A DNA stretch of 35,774 nt from Candidatus Omnitrophota bacterium (GTDB lineage Bacteria > Omnitrophota > Gorgyraeia > JABMQH01): the NCBI GenBank assembly GCA_037143495.1, contig JBAWYO010000002.1, positions 1 to 35,774 of the forward strand, in the 5' to 3' direction. How positions within the stretch are numbered: position 1 is the stretch's first letter; every line of letters starts with the position of its first letter. The notes beneath the pieces are model-generated. The model was not told the origin of the DNA, ran no database searches, and saw nothing but the letters and a program-made list of their open reading frames with translations. Positions 8,257 to 13,393 of this stretch are shown here, piece by piece. The translations under genes and the position numbers were made by a program.

Positions 8257-10732
8257 GCTTATCTTTTATGATCCTGCCGATCGGCAGGGGGATAAAACGG
8301 TATGCCGGTTTTTTCACCGTGCCGCTTATCTTTACATTGCCGATGAATTGCCCCGCCTCAAAGAGCAGCGAATTGGTGATCTTGGAAAGCTCCGAATTCC
8401 CCCGAACGAATTCCTCTGAAACGCTGGTGGTCAGCTCAAGGTCGAGCGCGCCGTCAAAGTTCGCACCGCCCTCGCCGAAAAGATTGATACTCTTTGAATG
8501 GAGCAGGAGATCCGCGGTCGAGATGCTCTTGTTGGTGATCGTGAAGGTAGTCGATACTTCGTCAAAAACGATCTTCGAGAGGTTGTGGAGGAAGAAGAGG
8601 TCGGCGATGCCCTTTAAGAGGGGCACCGACCAGAGATACGCCCCTCTGATCATCAGGGAACCCTCGCCCTTGACCGTCTCGGCGTTCTTGCCATAGCCGC
8701 GCAGCGCGAGTTTCGCGCGTCCGGTGCCCTTGATCGGTTTGTCGCGCAGGCTCGTATCAAGGGCCAGCTTGCTCAGATCGATCCCCTCAAGAGCAAGTTC
8801 GATCTTGTAAGGAGGGTTCTTCTGCGTCAAGTCTACCTTCATCCGTGAATCAAAGGTGCCGCCATACGGTTTTGCGTTGAATTCATTGACCGTAAAAAGG
8901 CCTTCTTTTAGCTTCATATCGAGGCTCATGGCGTCAAGCTTAAGGTTGGCAACGGTTATCCGGTCAGCGGCCCCCTTCAGGGCGAATTCCATATCCCGCG
9001 GCCGTTTAACGGGTCCCCTCGCGTAGAACCCCACATCGGCCTCGCCTTTGACATCGTAGTGTTCGAGCGACGCGGTCAGGGGAGACGGTATTTTGCGCAG
9101 GTCGGTAAGGTTGACGAGCGCTCTGCCATTGGCGTCGATGACCGGATCCCGGAAGTTCGTGACGGTACCGGCGACGTTGAACGGGGAATGGCGGTAGGTG
9201 CCCGACATTCTCAGGACATGGACCATATCCGGCCCCGTCTTAAAGCGTGTATTGAGCGCGAGTTCGTTGTTGCGGAATTTAAGCAGGACCTCCGGCGCGG
9301 AGAGATCGGTCACTTTCGCGTCGAGCGTGTTGGACCTGCCCGCGTAATTGAACGCGACCCTGAGGAAATAAAATATGTTGTTCTCGAATGAGACGGCGCC
9401 GGTGATCGCGTCGACCGCTCCGGGGAGCTGCGGCATGGTGAGCGTTGCGCCTTTAAGCCTGATGTCGCCTTCGATGCGGCCGGGGTGCGGATCTTTAAGG
9501 TTGGAGGCGTAGCTGATCGTGACCTCAGCAGGACCTTTCAGGCCAATATCCTCGAATTTCTTTTTTATGTGCTTAGGTAAGAAATTTTTATATTCGGCAA
9601 GGTCCATATCCGCTTGAGCCCGGCATCGCAGGCGCAATGTCTTAAAATCGTCGATCTGTCCGCTGAATTTTATCGGGGTTCGGTACGCTTCGGCCCAGAG
9701 GCATTCACTTGAAACTCCGGCATCGGAGAGATTGATCTTGCCGTTAATATTGGAAACGTCGTTCAGGAGTGGGACGCCACTCAACGCGGCGTCCTTAAGA
9801 TCGATCTGGAACCGGTATTTTCCCTCCAGGGTATCTTGCGGACGGATCGTCGCTACGCCGTCGATATCCGCGGCGCCTTTGAGCGTGTAGTGTGAACGCT
9901 GTACCAGCAGTTCGCTGAGCGCGGCATGCAGATCGACCGAAAAGATACCATTATTGAGGACTTTCAGGCTGAACGCGCCATCGGCAAAAGCGCTTCTGAC
10001 CGCGAGCGGTCCGCCGGTTTTAAAGAAATAGGCGTAGGGGCGCGGGAGCGAGAGGTTCTTAACCGTACCTTTTACCAGCAGGATACGTTGCTTCATCGCG
10101 TAGAACCCCGCGAGCGCGATGAAGGTCTTTTCGGGTGAATCGAGATGAGCTGTTGTTTTGAATTCGACATCCCGCGCGGCGGAGAGCATGATCTCACCGT
10201 CCAGCCCGATGAGCCGGTCGGCAAAAGCCGGGGTGCGGGAATTATCTTCAAAATTGACCGTAGCGTTATTAATTTTTATCTTTTGAACAAGGACCGTAAA
10301 ACCCGGCGTCCGCTTCCTGCGCGTGGAGGAGTCGTGTTTTATGAACGGCGGCGTTGCCGCGTTCCAGGTGTTGTCCGGGCGCTTGATGAACGTTACGGTC
10401 GGTGAATCGATAAAGACAGACGGGATAAAGATCCTTTTCTCCGGCAGGAAGGGGATAAAGAGGAGAGATGTCGAGACGCTTTTAATGTGGATAAAGACCT
10501 GCTCCTTGTCGTGTTCATAGATCGTGAGGTTATTCAGGCGGAAGCCGTGGAAGAGGTTGAAGCGAACGCTGCCCAGGGTCACGGGGCGGTCGATCGTCTG
10601 CGAAATATTCTTAAGAAAGAGGTCCTTGAGGATGCGGGGCGCGAGGAATTTATTGATATACCAGGTAGAGGAGACCGTAATGAGGACGACCAGGATGATA
10701 CCGTTCCGCAATATCTTGCGCCGTATACGCAT
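8219..10732 (-). CDS. AsmA-family (AsmA/TamB-like) envelope protein with N-terminal membrane anchor
   Basis: 837 aa. N-terminus is RKILRNGIILVVLITVSSTWYI (TM anchor). The rest is a long beta-rich repetitive body, with an AsmA-C-like tail (KGTGRAKLALRGYG...GEGSLMIRGAYLW). Family call made by eye. Confidence 0.55.
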   Translation of the reverse strand: MRIRRKILRNGIILVVLITVSSTWYINKFLAPRILKDLFLKNISQTIDRPVTLGSVRFNLFHGFRLNNLTIYEHDKEQVFIHIKSVSTSLLFIPFLPEKRIFIPSVFIDSPTVTFIKRPDNTWNAATPPFIKHDSSTRRKRTPGFTVLVQKIKINNATVNFEDNSRTPAFADRLIGLDGEIMLSAARDVEFKTTAHLDSPEKTFIALAGFYAMKQRILLVKGTVKNLSLPRPYAYFFKTGGPLAVRSAFADGAFSLKVLNNGIFSVDLHAALSELLVQRSHYTLKGAADIDGVATIRPQDTLEGKYRFQIDLKDAALSGVPLLNDVSNINGKINLSDAGVSSECLWAEAYRTPIKFSGQIDDFKTLRLRCRAQADMDLAEYKNFLPKHIKKKFEDIGLKGPAEVTISYASNLKDPHPGRIEGDIRLKGATLTMPQLPGAVDAITGAVSFENNIFYFLRVAFNYAGRSNTLDAKVTDLSAPEVLLKFRNNELALNTRFKTGPDMVHVLRMSGTYRHSPFNVAGTVTNFRDPVIDANGRALVNLTDLRKIPSPLTASLEHYDVKGEADVGFYARGPVKRPRDMEFALKGAADRITVANLKLDAMSLDMKLKEGLFTVNEFNAKPYGGTFDSRMKVDLTQKNPPYKIELALEGIDLSKLALDTSLRDKPIKGTGRAKLALRGYGKNAETVKGEGSLMIRGAYLWSVPLLKGIADLFFLHNLSKIVFDEVSTTFTITNKSISTADLLLHSKSINLFGEGGANFDGALDLELTTSVSEEFVRGNSELSKITNSLLFEAGQFIGNVKISGTVKKPAYRFIPLPIGRIIKDKLSVLFGKILPAS

Positions 10733-10738
10733 GCGTAA

Positions 10739-10767
10739 ATTATACTCGAAAGCGGGTACCCTTTCAA
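10739..10767 (-). promoter_or_regulatory. near-consensus sigma70 promoter abutting ATG 10732
   Basis: Minus strand: TTGAAA (10767-10762), 17 nt, TATAAT (10744-10739), 6 nt to ATG. No Shine-Dalgarno. Confidence 0.55.
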
Positions 10768-10770
10768 GGA

Positions 10771-10800
10771 TTGACTTTGGTGCGCTCTATGCTATATAAT
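10771..10800 (+). promoter_or_regulatory. near-consensus sigma70 promoter (divergent from the AsmA-like gene) reading toward tRNA-Pro
   Basis: TTGACT 10771-10776, then TGcTATATAAT. TATATA 10793-10798 gives a 16-nt spacer; TATAAT 10795-10800 gives an 18-nt spacer. Confidence 0.55.
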
Positions 10801-10806
10801 CATTGC

Positions 10807-10957
10807 AACAATAAAGACGGGAAAACAGCGCAAGGGCTTGTCCTTGAGCTTGTTTTACCTATGAGTTCTTTCAAATAGATAGGAGTTTCCTTTAAGGAAG
10901 GATAATTTCTTAAAGAAGGAAACAGCGTTTCCTTCTTTAAGATTGTTCATTTTACAA
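10807..10957 (+). ncRNA. candidate small RNA or structured leader (promoter plus two terminator-like hairpins, no ORF)
   Basis: Predicted TSS is near 10807. Hairpin 10827-10850 (8 bp, 1 mismatch) is followed by TGTTTT. A perfect 15-bp hairpin at 10908-10942 is followed by a T-rich tail. The only ORF is 5 codons. Confidence 0.2.
10908..10942 (+). terminator. perfect 15-bp hairpin (copy 1 of duplicated hairpin module)
   Basis: TCTTAAAGAAGGAAA-cagcg-TTTCCTTCTTTAAGA followed by TTGTTCATTTT. Homologous to 12460-12495. Confidence 0.4.
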
Positions 10958-10993
10958 GAGTGAGGCCGATAATCCGGTGAGGAGGGGGATCCC

Positions 10994-11022
10994 CTAAAGG
11001 GGGAACTTCGTGCCCCCTTTAG
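10994..11022 (+). other. 10-bp stem hairpin
   Basis: CTAAAGGGGG-aacttcgtg-CCCCCTTTAG, preceded by the palindrome GGGGATCCCC (10985-10994). Confidence 0.4.
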
Positions 11023-11047
11023 AAAAAGCCGGACACGTAGTTTTAGT

Positions 11048-11064
11048 CGCGAGAAGAGGCTTTT
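11048..11064 (+). repeat. 17-mer CGCGAGAAGAGGCTTTT immediately upstream of tRNA-Pro (copy 1)
   Basis: Identical 17-mer at 12538-12554, directly abutting tRNA-His. Confidence 0.7.
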
Positions 11065-11069
11065 CCATA

Positions 11070-11143
11070 CGGGGCGTGGCTCAGCTTGGTAGAGCGTCTG
11101 CTTTGGGAGCAGAAAGTCCTCGGTTCAAATCCGAGCGCCCCGA
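11070..11143 (+). tRNA. tRNA-Pro (anticodon UGG)
   Basis: Cloverleaf folded by hand. Acceptor is CGGGGCG/CGCCCCG. D arm is GCTC-AGCTTGGTA-GAGC. Anticodon arm is TCTGC-TTTGGGA-GCAGA. T arm is CTCGG-TTCAAAT-CCGAG. Discriminator A; no encoded CCA. Confidence 0.9.
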
Positions 11144-11145
11144 TT

Positions 11146-11285
11146 TTACCGGTGAAAAATAATGGGTCACTAAGTCACCAGACACTAGCCACCAGTAAGA
11201 GATAAAAAGGATATATAGGCTATTTCTTTTGCTTTTACTGGTGACTGGTGACCACGCGAATTTTTCACCAGCGGTGACTGGTGAC
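11146..11285. repeat. long imperfect inverted repeat / hairpin rich in GGTNACC-type motifs between two tRNA genes
   Basis: Nested pairings are GGTGAAAAAT 11151-60 / ATTTTTCACC 11260-69, GGTCAC 11165-70 / GTGACC 11248-53, and GTCACCAG 11174-81 / CTGGTGAC 11238-45. A 13-nt direct repeat GGTGACTGGTGAC occurs at 11240-52 and 11273-85. Confidence 0.6.
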
Positions 11286-11309
11286 TACATTAGTTTTATA
11301 TGGTAAAAA

Positions 11310-11383
11310 GTCCCTGTAGCTCAGTTGGATAGAGCATCTGCCTTCTAAGCAGAGGGTCGCCCGTTCGAATCGGGCCAGGGACG
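11310..11383 (+). tRNA. tRNA-Arg (anticodon UCU)
   Basis: Acceptor is GTCCCTG/CAGGGAC. Anticodon arm is TCTGC-CTTCTAA-GCAGA. T arm is GCCCG-TTCGAAT-CGGGC. Discriminator G; no encoded CCA. Confidence 0.9.
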
Positions 11384-11417
11384 CGTTTTTAGGCGGACAA
11401 AAGGAGGAAAAGGAGAC

Positions 11418-11819
11418 ATGAAGAAAATAATTATGGGAGTAGTAGTGGCGGTTTGTCTGGGGATGGCAGCTTGCGGATATGGTATTGCCGCCGGTAACGG
11501 GTATGTCGCCAGCAAGGGTTCCGACAAGTATCATCTGGCTGATTGCGGTACCGCAAAAAAGATCGACGCCGCTAACAAGGTAACGTTTGCCACGCCGGAA
11601 GAAGCCATAAAGGCCGGATATAGCCCTTGTAAAGTCTGCAACCCGCCGGTCAAGACGGTGGTTTTTGTCGGCAGCAAGAGCTCCGATAAGTATCACCAGT
11701 CGACCTGCAAAACCGCGGCTAATATCTCCAAGGAGAACCTGGTTACTTTTGCGAGCGAGAATGAGGCCGAAAAAGCCGGCTATTCACCTTGTCAGCTTTG
11801 TTGCAAGAAAAGCAAATAA
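11418..11819 (+). CDS. lipoprotein with two tandem Ada-type Zn-binding-like Cys motifs
   Basis: Signal peptide with lipobox-like LGMAAC. There are two ~48-aa repeats of S(K/S)SDKYH..(D/T)C......I...N.VTFA..(E)EA.KAGYSPC..C. GGAGGAAAAGGAG Shine-Dalgarno upstream. Confidence 0.65.
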   Translation: MKKIIMGVVVAVCLGMAACGYGIAAGNGYVASKGSDKYHLADCGTAKKIDAANKVTFATPEEAIKAGYSPCKVCNPPVKTVVFVGSKSSDKYHQSTCKTAANISKENLVTFASENEAEKAGYSPCQLCCKKSK

Positions 11820-11830
11820 TATGGTATACT
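11801..11830 (+). promoter_or_regulatory. sigma70-like promoter with extended -10, abutting ATG 11838
   Basis: TTGCAA 11801-06, 18 nt, TGgTATACT 11822-30, 7 nt to ATG 11838. The 10-mer ATGGTATACT also occurs in the promoter at 547-556 (minus strand). Confidence 0.4.
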
Positions 11831-11837
11831 TGAGACG

Positions 11838-12371
11838 ATGAAGAGATTGCCCAGTGATGGTATGCGGATAGTTTTGGTAGGCATCGCTTTTCTCTGCCTT
11901 ATGGCCGCTGGTCTTCGCGCCGACGATGGGGCGGCGGGAGAAGCTCTCAGCAAGGATATTAAAGCTCCCGCGAGCGGCGGGGAAGCGTTCTATCCGCGAG
12001 CGGCGTTCTACGAGAATATCGAGCGCATCTTAAAAAAAGAGATCACGGTCGATGAAGATACCGACAACGAGGCGTTCCATCCGAAAGCCTCATATGAGGA
12101 CTTCATCGACGATATGTTTACTCACGGCAGAGCTAATGGCAATTATATCGTGGGATTCATTGAAAAGAGTAAGGGCGGGCTCTCAAAAGTACGCACCTAT
12201 ATCTACGCTGTTCTCGATACGTTGAGCGAAGTAGATAAGGAAGCCTTGCGCAAGATCTATCCGAAGGCAACCTTCGATCAGGTCTCCGAGCAGGTGATCA
12301 CGTATTACAAGGAGAACCCCCTTAAGCGCAAGCGCACCGTCGTAGACGTGGTCTTGTCGGGATGCAAGTAG
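11838..12371 (+). CDS. exported hypothetical protein
   Basis: N-terminal signal-like MRIVLVGIAFLCLMAAGLRA. No recognisable domain. Confidence 0.55.
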   Translation: MKRLPSDGMRIVLVGIAFLCLMAAGLRADDGAAGEALSKDIKAPASGGEAFYPRAAFYENIERILKKEITVDEDTDNEAFHPKASYEDFIDDMFTHGRANGNYIVGFIEKSKGGLSKVRTYIYAVLDTLSEVDKEALRKIYPKATFDQVSEQVITYYKENPLKRKRTVVDVVLSGCK

Positions 12372-12459
12372 CAGGAAACATATTCCTGATAGCGCGCGCG
12401 AGCGTTTCGCTGCACATATTTATTGAATTAAAAGATGCCTCCTTTTAGGAGGGATATTT

Positions 12460-12495
12460 TCTTAAAGAAGGGAACTTCGTTCCCTTCTTTAAGAG
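12460..12495 (+). terminator. perfect 16-bp hairpin with TTCG loop (copy 2 of duplicated hairpin module); likely terminator of 11838-12371
   Basis: TCTTAAAGAAGGGAAC-ttcg-GTTCCCTTCTTTAAGA followed by GAGTTTATTTTT. Confidence 0.55.
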
Positions 12496-12537
12496 AGTTT
12501 ATTTTTCACGCTGTGACTGGTAATCCTCATTTCACAG

Positions 12538-12554
12538 CGCGAGAAGAGGCTTTT
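12538..12554 (+). repeat. 17-mer CGCGAGAAGAGGCTTTT immediately upstream of tRNA-His (copy 2)
   Basis: Identical to 11048-11064. Confidence 0.7.
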
Positions 12555-12633
12555 GGTGGGTGTAGCTCAGCTTGGCTAGAGCACTTGACTGTGGCTCAAG
12601 GTGTCGCGGGTTCAAATCCCGTCACCCACCCCA
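12555..12633 (+). tRNA. tRNA-His (anticodon GUG) with encoded G-1 and CCA
   Basis: G-1 at 12555. Acceptor is GTGGGTG/CACCCAC. Anticodon arm is CTTGA-CTGTGGC-TCAAG. T arm is GCGGG-TTCAAAT-CCCGT. Discriminator C, then CCA at 12631-12633. Confidence 0.9.
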
Positions 12634-12733
12634 TTTTTTGGCTTTATTAGAAAGCAGAGCAATTTGTTTTGCTTTTTTATTGTGAACTAGAAAGTTTGGA
12701 GGTAGTAAAATTAGGCAACATAGTCATTGCGTC

Positions 12734-13210
12734 ATGAATGAAGAGTTCAGTATTTCAAAACTCGATACGGTAACTTTACAACTACAATTTAAAGATCGCT
12801 ACTATACAGACGTCATTTTCAAATTGTCATATAAGAACTATGAGAATCTTTTAAAGTTTTTAAACATCACTACGAATAGAAAATACCTTCCAAAAGATGC
12901 CTGGGGGTATAAAGGGTTTGATGTCGGCAGAAACAAGCTCATTTATTATAAAGATAAAGTGGACAACAAAATATTTAAATTATTTTATTCTGATGAGAAT
13001 GATCCGAGCCTCTCGAAAGACGATAAATGGCAAATCGCGTGTCATAAAAGAGAGATAAAGAATGTTAAAAAACATCATTTATATGGACATATTTTTTTAC
13101 GACAGGGTAGTATTGATGTAGGTATGGAGCGAATAAAATTCGTTAGATTTCGCAGATTTGTTTTGACGGCAGACAAGAAGACAGTGCCTTCTCGCTATTC
13201 CAAAAATTAG
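12734..13210 (+). CDS. hypothetical protein in a very AT-rich segment
   Basis: 158-aa ORF, Lys/Asn/Tyr-rich, with no motif recognised. Its composition is strongly atypical for this window. Confidence 0.45.
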   Translation: MNEEFSISKLDTVTLQLQFKDRYYTDVIFKLSYKNYENLLKFLNITTNRKYLPKDAWGYKGFDVGRNKLIYYKDKVDNKIFKLFYSDENDPSLSKDDKWQIACHKREIKNVKKHHLYGHIFLRQGSIDVGMERIKFVRFRRFVLTADKKTVPSRYSKN

Positions 13211-13303
13211 CCAGGAATTACCTCTCAGAATCGTAGAATTTGGTATATAGTAAGGCAATATCTGTATATAAGTGCCGTGTGCAAGGTAGAGAGATTTCAC
13301 CTC

Positions 13304-13324
13304 GGTTCATACGTCACCCGCCCA
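13304..13324 (+). repeat. degenerate copy of the tRNA-His 3' end (att-like scar)
   Basis: GGTTCATACGTCACCCGCCCA compared with tRNA GGTTCAAATCCCGTCACCCACCCCA (12609-12633). The shared blocks are GGTTCA and CGTCACCC.CCC. Confidence 0.45.
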
Positions 13325-13331
13325 GATTTAT

Positions 13332-13367
13332 AACCCTTTATAAGGCTTTATGGCCTTGTAAAGGGTT
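13332..13367. terminator. 15-bp hairpin between the att-like scar and the 3' end of the 835-aa gene
   Basis: AACCCTTTATAAGGC-tttatg-GCCTTGTAAAGGGTT (one G-U pair) followed by TTGAGTTTT on the plus strand. It lies 27 nt downstream of the minus-strand stop at 13394. Confidence 0.5.
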
Positions 13368-13393
13368 TTGAGTTTTCAGGGTATGGCGAACTG

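Noticed and set aside
11265-11696. 143-aa minus-strand ORF, and the 71-aa plus-strand ORF at 12435-12650
   Set aside because: They run across tRNA-Arg and tRNA-His respectively, and across structured intergenic repeats, so they are not credible coding regions.
10881-12510. CRISPR-like array formed by the repeated hairpins
   Set aside because: There are only two copies, about 1.5 kb apart, separated by genes and tRNAs. There is no regular repeat-spacer periodicity.
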